64,000 bases of DNA from Amphiscolops sp. MND2022 (taxonomy: Eukaryota), in assembly GCA_964187785.1 (NCBI GenBank), contig OZ076409.1, positions 46,378,001 to 46,442,000 of the forward strand, in the 5' to 3' direction. Made by a program: the position numbers and the translations under genes. Position 1 is the stretch's first letter, and every line of letters begins with the position of its first letter. Shown here piece after piece: positions 34,369 to 48,478 of the stretch. Below the pieces are notes generated by a model. The model made no database searches. It was not told the origin of the DNA and saw only the letters and a list, made by a program, of their open reading frames with translations.

Positions 34369-35693
34369 AACAAGACGAGAACGTCTAAAGTCGGCGCTAT
34401 ATCTAAGGCTCAAAATGCTCAAACGTTTTTTTTTTGAAAAAAAAACTTGAAATTTTTTCTTTCGGAAAGTGTCGCTTAGTGTCGAAAAATGTAAAAGGGA
34501 GACCTTTTGGGATTTAATAACATACATTCTGTTGCAATATATCAAAAAACTCGAAGGAGAGACCCTTTTGAGACAATAAAAAAATTTTCGAAAAAAGTAG
34601 CACAGTACCGAAAAAAATCCAAAGGGACCCTTTAGGCTCGTCCGGTTTTGTAGGTTACCTTGAAAAAGTAAAAAATGAAAGGGGGACCCTTTGGACTAAG
34701 TTTTGCACTGGCCGAGCTTGGCCTTAGTGGTTTCAGGATTTTCTCTAAAAAGTTGACCGATCAGTGTGAGGTCTGTGGTCTGAAGAAACAAGACGAGAAC
34801 GTCTAAACTCGGCGCTATATCTAAGGCTCAAAAAGCGCAAAAGACTTTTTTTTGAAAAAATACATGAAATTTTTGCATTTATTTTCTTTCAGAAAATGTC
34901 GCATGGTGCCGAAAAATGTAAAAGATGGACCCTTTGGTCTTTATTAACATATATTCTGTTGCAAAATATCAAAAAACTCGAAAGGGGGACTCTTTTGAGA
35001 CATCAAAACATTTTCGAAAAAAGTCGCACAATGCCGAAAAAAATCGAAAGGGGGACACTTTAGTCTCGTCCGGTTTTGTAGGTTACGTTAAAAATGTAAA
35101 AAAAGAAAGGGGGACCCTTTTGCACTTTATATATAAGGCTCAAAAAGCGCAAAGTTTTTGAAAACTGAAAAGAAAACACTTTTTGAGGACAAACGATTAT
35201 CACTTAGAAAACTCTCACAATGCCGAAAATTGTAAAAGGGGGCCCTTTGGGCTTTTTCAACTTTAATTCAGTTGCAAAAAGTGGAAAAAATGAAGGGGGC
35301 CCTTTGGAGACTTTGGTAAATTTTGGGAAAAGTCTCATAGTGCCGAAAAAAATCAAAAAGGGGGACCACTTAGTCTCGTCCGGTTCTGTAGGTTACGATA
35401 AAAAAGAAAACAAATAAAAGGGGAGACCCTTTGGGGACATCTAAAAATTTTCGAAAAAAAGTCGCACAGTGCCGAAAAAAATCCAAAGGGGGACCCTCTA
35501 GACACGTCCGGTTTTGTAGGTTTCCTTGAAAAAGTAAGAAATGAAATGGGGACCCTTTGCACTGAGTTTCCTCTGGCCCGACTTGGCCTTAGGCCTTAGT
35601 AGTTTTAGTAGTTTCTGTTTTAAGAAAAGTGGACCAATCAGGATGAGGATTGTAGTCTGGCATTTTTGCTTAAAACGAAAACGTGCCGTTTAA
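34369..35693 (-). mobile_element. Two tandem or nested Helentron-like elements (second begins at 34787)
   Basis: Two AACAAGACGAGAACGTCT ends, at 34369 and 34787; decayed far end GTGCCGTTTAA. Confidence 0.7.
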
Positions 35694-38600
35694 AAAACAT
35701 ATTTAGTTTTGACAGCATATTTATGATTTTGAAGTAACTTCAACAAGAGCTAGAAGTTTGCTATCACCTTTGGTTGAAACCGCTTCAACTTTTTATTTTC
35801 AAGTTTTTGTAGGTTACCAAGCTAATTGTTCATGATTTTATAAAATTTTCAAGGAAATTTTCTTTCATAAAAATTTCACTCATTCGATTTATTTTATAAT
35901 ACTGTCTATAAGATGCATCCTAAATATGCCGACACTTTCGAGCCTCGCAGGTTTCATTAAGAAAGCTTTCTTATTTTGAAAGCAGCTAAGACCAAATCAA
36001 AATTGCAGGTTTCATTAAGAAGGAGTTCTAATTCTGAAAGCAGCTGAGACCAAATCAAATATACCGCAATTTCAATGCAAAAAAAGTTTCAGTCATTTTA
36101 TAATTTTCAACGTAGCGTCATACTCAGCGTGCTATTTGACTAACGATGGTTACATAAGGTACTTAGTGAAGAAACTTGAGCGTGAAACTGAAATGATAGA
36201 CACGGTTAGGAAAGGAAATGTTTTCAGTTTTAATTGGAATAGTGGAATCTGCAATGTAATCCTACAAAATGTTTCCATGTATGCTCTCTGAGTTTTCTGT
36301 TTTGTAAAAAAAATTAGCCCGCATGTTGCCATGCAGGATGTAAAAAGTTCGAGCAATCTGGACTAGGGATGTCTCCCGTGAACTGCTAAAGAGCATTTTC
36401 GAAAGTCGGTTTTGTAATATCAGGACAAAAAAACCGCCTCTCCATTGAGTCTATTCGAAATAGCTTCATTACATCATAATTTCATTTGTGTTTTTATTTC
36501 ACATGAAGTTTTGTGAACACTTAAACGAAATGAATGATTCGTTCAAAATCATATTTTCAAATGGAAAATAGTTTATATAAATCGTCAAAATATCATATAA
36601 ATAAACACATTTTTAGGGTTTATATGGTCATCACTATCTCAGAAGATGCTTCAAATGTTTAGACATGTTACGATATAAAAATATGAGTTTATGAAAAGTA
36701 TATTTTAAAATTTTATAATTGTTTAAGTTATCCAAAAGATATCGATATAAAAATCTACCCACACTTTGGATGAAAATTTCCAAGATGTTTTATATAAGAA
36801 ACTTGAGTTTTAGGCACAACGCAAAGAACCTCGCAATGGGAATAACATCTTGTCATGAAATAAATACAAAAACGTTGTCCAAAGAGGAATTGCAAAATAT
36901 TTTATTATCAAATCCTAAATGTTTTAGTGGAGTAACAGTTATGCTCAAGGTTTCCTGTCGCCACATATGTTCACAGGAAAGCGACAAAATTGAAACTTGA
37001 AACAGCGAGATTCCTAGATTTAAGTTAAAAGAATTATGAATAGAAGCGGAAAATTTAAAGAAATTTAAATTGAATGAATATCTCGACCATGCTTCATAAC
37101 TTTCGGGTAGATTGAAACAAAAAATGGAAGGTTTCAATCAATTGAAGTTCGACTTCAGTTTCAGAAAGAAAATGTGAGAGCTTTTTAGTTTTTCTTTCAT
37201 TTTCCCGGAAGTTTGGTTGTAAACCAGATCTGAGAGGTCACTCAGCCAATGAAAGGGTCGACAAAAAGTGCAGTGTATAAGCTACAGTGAAACTGGGAAC
37301 ATATGAAAAAAACAATAAGCTGATTACATTTTGTTCAAATGAAGCAGACAGTGCTAATATTAATTGCAACAGATACATACAATGTCTTTAATTTCCAATT
37401 TCTTTGAAAAAATTAAAATTTATATCAGATAAAGAAGTGAAGGTGCTACATGTTACGTATTACCAATTGATAATTCTCTCATTGAATCACTCGGATTTAT
37501 TTTTTCCGCAATTGTTTTTCGCTCGGACAAGTTAAATTAGATACATTGTTTTTATTAGGAAAACTCGTAGGTCACAAAGGGAAGAATTTCTGTCCAGGAG
37601 GAACTGTATCCAAAATTTAGTCCGGAAACAACGAAATCAATTTATGGCCGTCGTGTTGAAAACCTGTCAAAAGTCGGCTTGACTTCTTCACTTTGGTGCC
37701 AATATAAAGAGAAAACTTCATAAATAGGGCAAGAAATTAAGTCAACTTCCGTTGAACTCTTGCGCAAAAATGGGCAAAAAGACGGCCTTGTTGCTTTGAT
37801 GAAAGTTCAAGTGCAAGCCTGCCATTGGATTAATTCCTTCAAGTTGTTTGGCAGGTGTACAGCACATTTATGGGAAGTTGGCAAATTGGGAAGGGGTGTT
37901 GGGTGTTTTGCTCATCCACTTCTAAAGATCAGAGGCGGGGGTACCGGATAAAAAGGAAGTTTTGCTTATATTTACAGGTGACTATATCCGGTTACAGTAT
38001 CTTTTTGGGATCCCCTAAGCAGGGAGGAAAAGCTATGAAAACATTTAGAGAGGCTTTGTAGACTGAGGCGTGAAAACATACAAACAAAGAAAACAAACAG
38101 CGGTATAAAGGGGATCAAAACTGCGCTGGAAAAGGAACATTAGTTGCAATGAGCAGCACATTTGCTCCACAATTTGAAGCCGCCGACACGGGGCTGTGAT
38201 TGCGCAACGGAGTGGCGGTTGTGTCGAAACATGTGTCTTCAAACTTCAAATTGGTCTAATGGGATAATTTGGTTAGACTTAAGGAAAATGCCATTTATAT
38301 GGGCGATAAACATAATCACAGGTAGAAATCAATCCTACCAGATTACTTTTATCATATTTTGTTTGCCGATTTGCCCACATTTCAGCGACGGAATGTGGTC
38401 TTGCATAAGAGGTGGAAGGATTTTAGGGGGGAATAAATAAATTTGTAATGTTTATCAGATTTGCCTAATCCCCCCACACAAAGATTATAGTTGATTGGGG
38501 TACAAAATTTTACCAAAACTAGCGAGCTTAGCCACTGTTGGTGGAGAGAAATCCGCTGCGGTATCTGAGTTTGGCACCACAGATTTAGCAAGATGCGAAT

Positions 38601-38942
38601 TGAAACTCAAGCTTGAAACTGGCCTTAGTTTCAGCCAATCAAATCGCGAATAGCATAAGTTCCCACCAACTACTAGCAGATAATCTAAGCACTCCGAGTC
38701 TGCAGTTGAGCAGTGTTAATTCTATAAATTGTTTATCCTCCATTCATTCTAACTTTCTTCCACACTCGGATCCAAGTTCCAAAATTGAAACCAAACTGCA
38801 GGACCTTTCATTTTCAACATAAATTCTGAAATAATTAAATTAATTCAACAGCTTCTGAAATCTCAAAAAACTGCTCGAAATTAAAACTGAGGATTTCACT
38901 TACAAATCGGAAGCATTTTATTGGCACTAATAGAGGTCCAGA

Positions 38943-40194
38943 ATGATCAGCACCAATATTGACGGTTCTTTTACGAGCCCTAATTTTTGCATATCTACAA
39001 AACACCAGACAGAAGATCCGCAAATGTTAGAATCAGCTCCGTTGACATTAATGAATACCTCGAATGGATCCTCCAACGTGGAGCACAACGAAATTTCCGA
39101 CCACAGTCCGGTTGATTCGGCCCAGCTGATTAAAGAAGAAGTCGGGGATCAGTTGTCTGATGATGACAGCATCTTGAGAGAAGATGCCATGGATGGGAAT
39201 GACTTAGAAGACGAGCTTTTCACCGGCGACGACTCGGATAAGAAAAACGGAAACATGGGTCGACGACCAGAAAAACCACCTTACTCCTACATTGCACTGA
39301 TAATGATGGCCATTCAAAGTTCCCCCTGTAGACGTCTAACTTTGAGCGAAATATACCAGTTTTTGCAACAACGCTTCCCGTTTTTCAGAGGTTCTTACCA
39401 AGGTTGGAAGAATTCAGTGAGGCATAATTTGTCCTTGAACGAATGCTTCATCAAACTCCCGAAAGGACTTGGTAGACCGGGAAAAGGTCACTATTGGACA
39501 ATTGACCCTGCGAGCGAATTCATGTTTGAGGAAGGGTCATTTAGAAGACGACCCAGAGGCTTCCGAAGGAAATGCCAGTCAGTGAGATCACCATACATTT
39601 ACAGCCAATCACCGACCGGACAACCAGTAAATCCAAACGTTTTCCCTGGCTATTCCAGCTACTTGAACTCAGCATCAACAGATCTTGTTTCAGCAGCGCA
39701 TTTGCAAGGAACACCGAACAACCCAAGCGCCTCAAGTTCTTACTTCACCGGATATCCCACTCCAGGTTCTCACAACTCAGGTCTTTACTACGGGGCGGCT
39801 TCCTTAAGTTCATCATCTGATTGTGGCCTAACCACTGAAAGTGCCCCACAACTAGACCCACAAACTTTGCTGATGTATTCCGCAGCCAACCCTGAAAACA
39901 GCCAATCAGCAATGGCTATGCAGAATGCAATGGCAGTTGCAGCTATGAACCCCTGGACGTTCCAGGGCTGTTCCCCCAAGTTAGAGTACGGCACATCTTC
40001 TGGGGGAGCTGCAAGTACAGGGTCTGCGTACTACAACACCATTCCCGGAAGCACTTCGGCTGCAGCAGCGGCCGCCGCCATCTACCAGAACCACCCAACT
40101 TCCACAGCTTCGTACTCGCACGTGAACCAATTCGCAGCCATCAACCCGCATTCCTTGCAATATAACCATATTCCATTCTTCTCCCCTGACTCCG
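38943..40194 (+). CDS. FoxF: Forkhead box F transcription factor, exon 1
   Basis: FoxF-type forkhead domain [14 protein letters not shown]...[62 protein letters not shown]; phase-1 donor G|GTACGT at 40194/40195. Confidence 0.95.
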
Positions 40195-41939
40195 GTACGT
40201 TTTGCATCAAAGAAGATGCATAATTCTTAGCGCCTGAATAGATCAACAATTGAATGAAAATCAAAAAGATGTTCTGAAGCTTGTCAGAAAAACAATTTTT
40301 ATGCAATGAAGCTACAGTGATTAGACTATAGATAAGAGACAGCTCTCTTTAGCATAACTTTTGACGTGGCATTCCTAAAAGTAAAGCCTATCAGCATATA
40401 GGTGAAACTCACATTAAACTACACGTACAAGCAAGCACTAAAGAATATAAATTATACAAAACTCTAAAGCTACATTTTTTTGGTCAAAGTTTCACTCTGG
40501 TTTCACACTTAATTGATTCAAATTTTGATGCAGGGACTTTTCTATTCTTGAAAACTAAAACTACCCGTGCTACTACTATTTGCTACATACTATTGGGATG
40601 CTCTTTGTGATACTGCTACAGTTATTGAGAGTTTGAAATTGACATATCAATGAGCAACAAACGTTAAAAACTTAGCGTATATCACAAGATTTTCATAAAT
40701 TTTAGAACCAAATTGAAGCCAATATTTTCAAACCCTACATGTTAGAATATTCATTCAGAATTTTTACACTTTTAGACGTTATTTTAGTTATCATGGCAAA
40801 AATCCACGTAACTGCAGGGTCGTTTTAATTGACGTGAATTTGTTATTTCCATTATCTGATAAAACTATTAAATTTATCTTTAATTCAAACAAACCCAGCT
40901 CATCAGATGATCCCCGATTAGCACTTACTTCCGTGGACAAAACTGGCTCCGCGCAATCATTTTCTGTTGATAAAAGATTAACACTCGATGGCTTTGTACA
41001 CAAACAGATCAACATAATCATATACTGGCTTTTCGAATTGCGCAATAGCCGTAGTAGCAGAGAAATGGACAGAAACCATTTCGCTTTTTAGTGGTGCTTT
41101 TCTCTTTCACATTGTAGTACATGAGAGCCAACAGAATTTACTGTCGAACACTTCAACAATAACAAATAGCATGTAAAAGTTAATTTTGTTCGAAAATGAC
41201 TTTTTTTGAAGAATGGGCACAAACTTGAAAATGGGCACAAACTTGTAGAGCACTGATGCTCATTTTGTGTCCATATTGGATTTTGTATACATTTATATAA
41301 TACTCTTAATGTATGTCATGTATATTAATCCAATGAAATTCAATGTTTCAATGTTCTTTAAAAGATTCCAGAAATGTTACTTCAGAAGTATATTTCATTT
41401 CGAATAAATAACGCATCGGAATTTTTGATAAAAACATGTATTCGATAGTTTCAGGACAGACAATGAGCTAGAGTTTACTGAGCGTCTTGAAGAATTGAGT
41501 ATAGGCTAGTCAATTTGTCAATTTCTTTGCATTGCGCAATTCATTGCATATCTTTGATTCCAAAATTTTTCAACAGTTCAGGAGACAATTCGAAGATCCA
41601 CAAGACTAAGCTTCCAAAATGAGTACTGTAAATATTTTCTTCGTTAGGCAACATTTTCGCCATTGCTATGTAAGACCAACTTTCTCTTGGGCGAAAAATG
41701 AAAATTATTATATTAGATGAACAGAGAGAAAAATGATTATTTTTCATTATTGATGATATTGCGGTGTAAGTTTATATTTTTCTTACCTCTCAATCTTTTG
41801 CTGAAATTTTGTCTCGATTTGGGGCATTATAAAAATCCAAATCGAGGCAAAGGTTCATGAAAAAGTATTAATTTTTGTATACTTGAACATTTTGTTGATT
41901 AGAAAGAAGTGATGGATTAATACAGTATTTTCATTACAG

Positions 41940-42349
41940 GTTACGATAACCAACTAACAAATATGCAGTCAGCACTAGCAGCCAGTTCAACCAGTTCTGC
42001 ATATTCCCCTAACATGGACACACACGGGGGGCTTCTCCAATCAGCCACACCGGGACACCTTCACCATTCACAGGTCACACCACCCTCTTTGACCTCATCC
42101 TTGACCCAGAGGTCAGCCGCCACGTCTGACCTCTTAATTCCGCCTCCATCTTCAGACATTGATTGTTCTAATAAACCTTCCACAGAACTGAGAGGAAGTC
42201 CGGCCGCAGCAGCAGCAGCTGTTGATAAGATAACTTCAGTTGTTAACATGCAACATGCACCCTTAAGACTAGATACCAACCCTGCAATCACAACCCCGCA
42301 GATGAGTCATTCAGGCTCCCATCAGAATCCCTTACATCCCCCTTTTTGA
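41940..42349 (+). CDS. FoxF: FoxF exon 2 (spliced product 553 aa)
   Basis: Acceptor TTTTCATTACAG|G at 41939 joins in frame (GYDNQLTNMQSA...) with the 41963-42349 ORF; S/P/A/H-rich like exon 1. Confidence 0.8.
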
Positions 42350-42404
42350 GACTGCTGCATTCATCGCAGCATAGAATTTGTACGAACTTAGATTCATATT
42401 TTAC

Positions 42405-42410
42405 AATAAA
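42405..42410 (+). terminator. Candidate polyadenylation signal of FoxF
   Basis: AATAAA 56 nt after the stop, followed by a T-rich tract. Confidence 0.5.
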
Positions 42411-43082
42411 ACAAATTGTTTTTTTCTTTTATCTTTTTTTAGTCAATTTGAATTAAACAATGTTTATCAGTGTTTTTGTTGATAAGCTACACAGCCACGA
42501 TACTTAGTTAGCATGACTTGACCGCAGACGATTTTTTAGTTAAACTGTTTTTCTTTCGCATCTCTTTGTCCACTTTATTTTGTCTAGCAGTGTCCATAAC
42601 ACCAATTTTTTTGTTATTGTTTTCAGCCCGTATTTCCATATTGGAAAAGAAAATTATTACTGAGCCGTATTTTTTCCAAAGTTCGCCATTAACCAATTTT
42701 TTACCCAAATTATAGTTTCTTCCAAATAATTCAACAACCATAAAAAATAGAATCGTAGCAGAATATTCCTACTTTTTTGAGAGTAAGTGCCACAAAACGA
42801 CAAAATAGCCAAAAATGCCAATAATGCTGAGTATTTAGAGTTCAACAACAGAACAAATAGCTACTTGACATACTCTTGTACAAAGAAACTTGATTTCTTC
42901 TCCGAAAAAGGGTGTTAAAGATGGTCAGCACATCTTGCTTCTAAAAATTCTCGCATTCATCGTTTTCAAACTCTTCTTTGTTCATTCTTGAAAGTCTTTC
43001 ATATAAACCACAGCGCATTGACAACTTTTTTGTCGGCCCATTTTAGTAGAAATGAGCGCACTAATACAGTGGCATGTTTTTT

Positions 43083-43660
43083 TTAATCGGCGCATTTTCC
43101 TTTAAGAGACTAGTTTTTTTCGTCAGACAACAAAACGTATGCGTAGTGGACAATTTTTACAGAATTACTAAACTACTGGACCGGTAGCCGGAAACGCATC
43201 TAAGTTAGTGCAAAGGATCCCCCTTTCATTTACTCCATTTTTAAAAGTAATGTACAAAACCGGATGAGACTATATGGCCCCCCATCTGATTTTTTTTTCG
43301 GCAACGTGAGACTTTTTTCCGATTTTTTTTAAATGTACCTAGAGGGCCCTTCAATTTTTTTGATATTTTGCAACAAATTGGATGTTGAGAAAGCCCAAAC
43401 GGTTTCTTTTCGACGTTTTCCGGCATTGTGAGACTTTTCAAGATGATCATTTTTAGTCGGCGCTTTTCTTTAGAAAAGAGTCGACTATAGTCATGGCTTT
43501 TCGTCAGTGTTTTTAAAGACCACCTGAACTGACCAAAATAGTTCTACCAAAACTTCTACAAAATTTTCAGAAGACGCCAAAATGTACCTGTTGGCCCAAG
43601 GAACTGAACCAAAAAGGTTTCCCGCGTAACATACAATACCGGACGAGGCCAAAGGGTCCG
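43083..43660 (+). mobile_element. Two truncated Helentron-like family fragments
   Basis: 5' ends TTAATCGGCGC (43083) and TTAGTCGGCGC (~43454) with family-typical interiors. Confidence 0.55.
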
Positions 43661-43999
43661 AACTTTTGATGTATTATCCGAAGTAAGTTGCGTTTCAACG
43701 AACGGGTGGCCGAGGCGAGGTTTGAATATAATGCGCTATATGCGAAGTTCTGACGTTATATCGAAGTATTTTGTGTTTCACTAAGGAGGAAGCGGAGCTT
43801 CGAAGATATTGCGCTATACCCGATTTTTGTTTTCCTTAAGACAGGCGTTTCTTTCGATACTATGCTGCTTTTTTACAATATGTTTTCATCGAAGCGCTCC
43901 TCGATTTTTACTAGAAACAAAACATTCTGGGGGCATAGAGGACTCCCTTAGGGATCAACAATCCAACTTATGCAAGCCAACCATTAACACTACAAAAAG

Positions 44000-45640
44000 T
44001 ATAGAAATAAAGTTATGGCATGATTCGTGAATCCAAGAAAATAGATAAGTTCAAAACAGTCGGTCAAAATCCATCAGCGAGACTGAAATACAAGACTCTG
44101 AAAACTCACAAATGCCAACAACGCCAGTCACGCAGACTTCCTCAATTAGAAAACTTGAATACATACTTTGCTAATGTAGGAAAATCTCTGTCGTCCAAGT
44201 TAACAAAAAAAATTTGAAGCGCCAGCTTCTTCTTTTGAAGAAACCGCGTATTTTCAAGCCACCGATGACTTTGAAACTGGGTCTTTAATTGCAAAAATGA
44301 AAAATAGAAAAGTTGCGGCATCGATGGAATCAGTAATGTAGTTTTGAAATGTTGTTCGCCAGTGATAAAGAAGCATCTATCGTTACCTTTTATCAAATGC
44401 ATAGATGAAGGTATTTTTCCGAAATCGCTCAAGAGAGCTAAAGTGATTCCTCTTTACAAGAAAGGTAACAAAGATGACCCGGCAAACTTGCCTCTTGACC
44501 TCTTTAAGTACTAAAGTGCTTAAAAAGATTATACACAAATCAATGTTGGATTTCGAACTAAATTAGGTTTGTTATCCCCCGCAAAATATGGTTTCAGAGA
44601 TAAACTGTCTTGTGTTGACGCAATATCAGCAGTAACAGAGTAAATGCGTTCTGAGATTGACCAAGCGCTCAAGGACAAGGATGTTTAATCGACTTACAAA
44701 AAGCTTTCAATACCTTAGATCATAAAATACTGATGTCTAAACTTGAGACTTACGGCTTTGGGGGGAAGATCCGTTCCTCCATTGGGGGGTACAGATACTA
44801 TTGATAGTTATCTCTCAGATAGGCAACAATATATCTCTTACAATCGAACGAATACGCCATGTCTGAACATTGATTCTGGTGTGCCCCAGGTTTCAGTCTT
44901 AGGACCTTTTATAGTTTTGGTTAATATAAATGAAATCAACTTAGCACAGAGCGATTGCAAATTGGCCATCTTTGCTGATGAAACTATAATCATCGTATCC
45001 AACCGTGAAGGCTGTTGCTCATTTCAACTAGAAATCGATTGATCATCTAAATGGTTTTGCGCGAATAAGGTAAGTAAATTCAAATGTGAAAGAATATCTT
45101 TTGGAAAGAAGGCACCCTAGTAAACTCCGTATACTGGACAAAACTTTGACATATAAAAGCGGTTGCAAATATCTAGCTGTTTATGTAGACAGATACCTAA
45201 GATTCAATGAATCGAGTACGTAATGAAGAAACTCAATAAATTTTGTGGCCTTGTTTATAGAATACGACACATGGACACGCTGAAGTGTTTCCTGATGTTT
45301 TATAACTCATTTGCAAAACTGTAAAATGCCAAGATCTCCTGATTTATGGATCAACGCAACCAAATCGAACTTGAAAAAAATCGAATCTGCTCAACAGAGC
45401 ATTATTCGACCAATCTGTTTTAGGAAAAAAATAGACTCTCTGCTAGAAACTTTACAACGCAACAAAATTCGAACTATTTTCGAAATCTTCATTGTACAGA
45501 ACGTAAAATATCGCTTCCGACAACTACGGCAAAATGGGTAATTACAAAAAATGCTATTGATACGCCTTCTGAAAACTCGTTTTGAACCAGGTGGCCAAAA
45601 AGGGTCTCTTCGCAACTGCGTACAGTCGAACAACTACTAA
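44000..45640 (+). pseudogene. Decayed non-LTR retrotransposon ORF2 (CR1/L2/Jockey-like RT)
   Basis: Broken frames give NTYFANVG, GIDGIS, FPKSLKRAKVIPLYKKG, YGFR, DLQKAF..LDHKIL, SYLSDRQQ, GVPQ.SVLGP and FADE; many stops and frameshifts. Confidence 0.9.
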
Positions 45641-45653
45641 CTTTGAGTACTTT

Positions 45654-46012
45654 TTAGTCGGCGCTTTTCGTAGAAACACAGACTATAGCAGTGATTTTTC
45701 TTTTTTAAAAAAACCTACGAAGTGACAGATTTTTAAAGTTTTATAAGCTGAGTTGCACCAATACTAACTGCCACACTACTGCTACTGGCACTTGAGATAG
45801 AGGTTAATTAGGCTCTTTGAGGTCCCCTTTTACATTTTTGGGCACTATGCGACTTACAGGAGACCAAAAAATTTTGAAAAGTTTCGTTCGGATTTTTTTT
45901 TCAATGTTTCCCTCATGAGGGTACTGTAGAAGAGAATACTTGACAGTTTGAAGTCCTTTTGCTATTTTTGAGTCTTAGATATGGCGCCAACTTGGGCCGT
46001 TCCCGGCTTGTT
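45654..46012 (+). mobile_element. Non-autonomous Helentron-like element
   Basis: TTAGTCGGCGC ... GCGCCAACTTGG-GCCGTTCCCGGC-TTGTT. Confidence 0.7.
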
Positions 46013-48478
46013 TAATTTAAAGAAATTTTTCAACTAGCTGACAAAAGCCAGTCTGCTACCCTGCAACTTGAAGGAACTCAGTCGATTTCAATTTAAGGGT
46101 TTGATATCAAAAATACCAATTGTTTTTATTGCTGATAAAAAAGCATCTGTTCTCGCTTTATTTCAAAAAATCTGAAACCTAATTTTGAAATAAGTGTAAA
46201 TTTCCTTACCGTTATAGTTATGAGTATTAGTCGACGAATCTTAAGTATTGTATTAGTACATATCTCACCATCCCTAGTTGGTTCTCTTCAGGCGAGGACT
46301 CGACGAGTTTTGATAACTCTTTTTCTATCTTGGATTGGTTTTTACCTCCCAACGTAAAAGTTGTTATTCTCCTTTTCAATCAAATAAATTTTTCTTCCAT
46401 GGTGAAAATCTTGACGGAATCTGCTGATTTTGTGAACTTGAAAAAAAACGAATTGAGTGCAGAAATGTTAAGCAATTAGGTTGCTCCACATTGGCAACAC
46501 TATTGGATGGTTTTTAACTGAAATATTCTGCAGCAAGCTGTTAAAATAACGTTCGTCAACAAACCCTTCGATGAAATGAAAATACGGCACGCAGAGTGCC
46601 GAAAAGACCCAAAGGGACTCGTTGACATTTCAAAGTTTGCAAAAAGTTATTTAGCGATGTGAGCAAACTCTGTGCAAGAAGTAGACGGTACACGTACATT
46701 CTGTGGTCTGACAAAAAACTAGTCTGTAATAGTCAAGCACATTTCTTATAAGATTGCCTTCACTGATAGCTACGGAAATAATTTTCATGGCAACGGTAGT
46801 GGTCCAATGGAGGCTTTGTGATGCACTCTTGGCCACCAAAGTAACTTAGCGTTTTCAGCCCTAGCATTCATCATTTCATAACTAACCTGACTTTAACCTG
46901 AAACGAAAAGTAGCTCAATAGTTTTCAATACCCTAATATAATTCATTTCACATGAAATGAGAAACAAACTAATCTTCTCAATGAGAGCAACCTTCATGAG
47001 TCCCTTCATTGATCACTGTAACAAAAGATCCTTTTCTCTGTTTAATAGAAAAGTGTTGTTTGGATCGAAATATACTGTAAAGGTAAAGTCATTTTCACAC
47101 CAAAGTTGTTCAAACGCAATGTATCGATACACCTTCAGGCATGATACATGTGATGGTAAAGGTGAAAAACTCGAAATGTAGTACCCTGGCTTTTTAGTCG
47201 TGCATTTGGTACTTGAGTGATGGCTTGATAATATTGTATGCAGTGAATAGTAAGTACATATGGTGACAATTTGCCAAAGTTCCAATTTCAGTTCCTGAAG
47301 TCCCAGTTCGCGAGCTGAGGCACCACACTTAGTGCTTATAGCATAATTTGGCTGAGCAAAGAGTGCTATTTAGTTCAAAAACTACTGCATTAATTTGTCA
47401 TTACAATTACCCTGAATGTTGAAAACTGATAGGACAGTGATTCTTGAGCAGGCAAAATGCCCGTCGCATTCAACAAGCCGGGAACGGCCGAAGTCGGCGA
47501 TATATCTAATTCTCAAAAAGCGCGAAGTTTTCAAAATTGTAAAAAGGGGACCCTTTGGACTTTTTGAAAATCCAGTTTGTGGGAAAATAGGACAAATTGA
47601 AGGAATGTCCATTCGAACACTTTTAAAAAACATCGGAATAATAAAAAAATTAAATTAAATCAAAGTGTCACATTGCCGAAAAGTGTAAAAGGGGTACCCT
47701 TTGAGATTTTTTAGTATCCATTCTGTTGCAAAATATTTAAACAATTCAAGAAAGTACCGTTTGGTGCAATCCATAAATTTTCAAAAATAGATCATTGGTG
47801 CCGAAAAAAATCTAAGTGAAAAACAACAAGATAGCTAAAGGGGGTTCCTTAATATATTTTTGAGGTTTGATTCTGGACGTCGGTTTATTTTCTTTACGTT
47901 TTGCACTTTTTCACGAGCATGAACAAATGAACAATAAAGAGGACCTTACGCGTCTAAAAACACTACCAACTGTAAAAGTCGGGCACTTTTTTCAAAAGCA
48001 CTGACCAACAAGCCGAGAACGGCCAAAGTCGGCGCTATATCTAAAGCTCAAGTTTGTAAAAGGGGGACTCTTCGGGCTTTGTGAAACTCCAGCTGGTTGC
48101 AAAATATGAAAAAATTGAGGGTAGCCCTTTGGGGACTTGAAAAAATTTCCCAAAAAATTTTTTAAAAAAGGATTTTTGAACAGTGTCACAGTGCCGAAAA
48201 ATGTAAAAGGGGGGACCCTTTGGGGTTTTTGACATCCATTGGGTTGCAAAATGCCAAAAAAATGGAGGGGGGACCCTTTGGTGCAATCCAAAAAGTTTCA
48301 AAAAAAGTCGCATTAGTGCCGAAAAAAAGTGGGGCTATGGGGGATCCTTAGTGTGATTTCGAGGTTCTGGGCGTCTGTTTTGTTTCTTCTTTTCGTTTTG
48401 GACGCGCTTTTGAGGTTCGAGTTGTTGAGGTTTGACGTTGTTGAACAAATGAACAAAAAAGTGGACCTTACGCGTCTA

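Noticed and set aside
40195..40223. FoxF ending at the 426-aa ORF stop
   Set aside because: A good donor and an in-frame downstream exon indicate that this tail is intron read-through.
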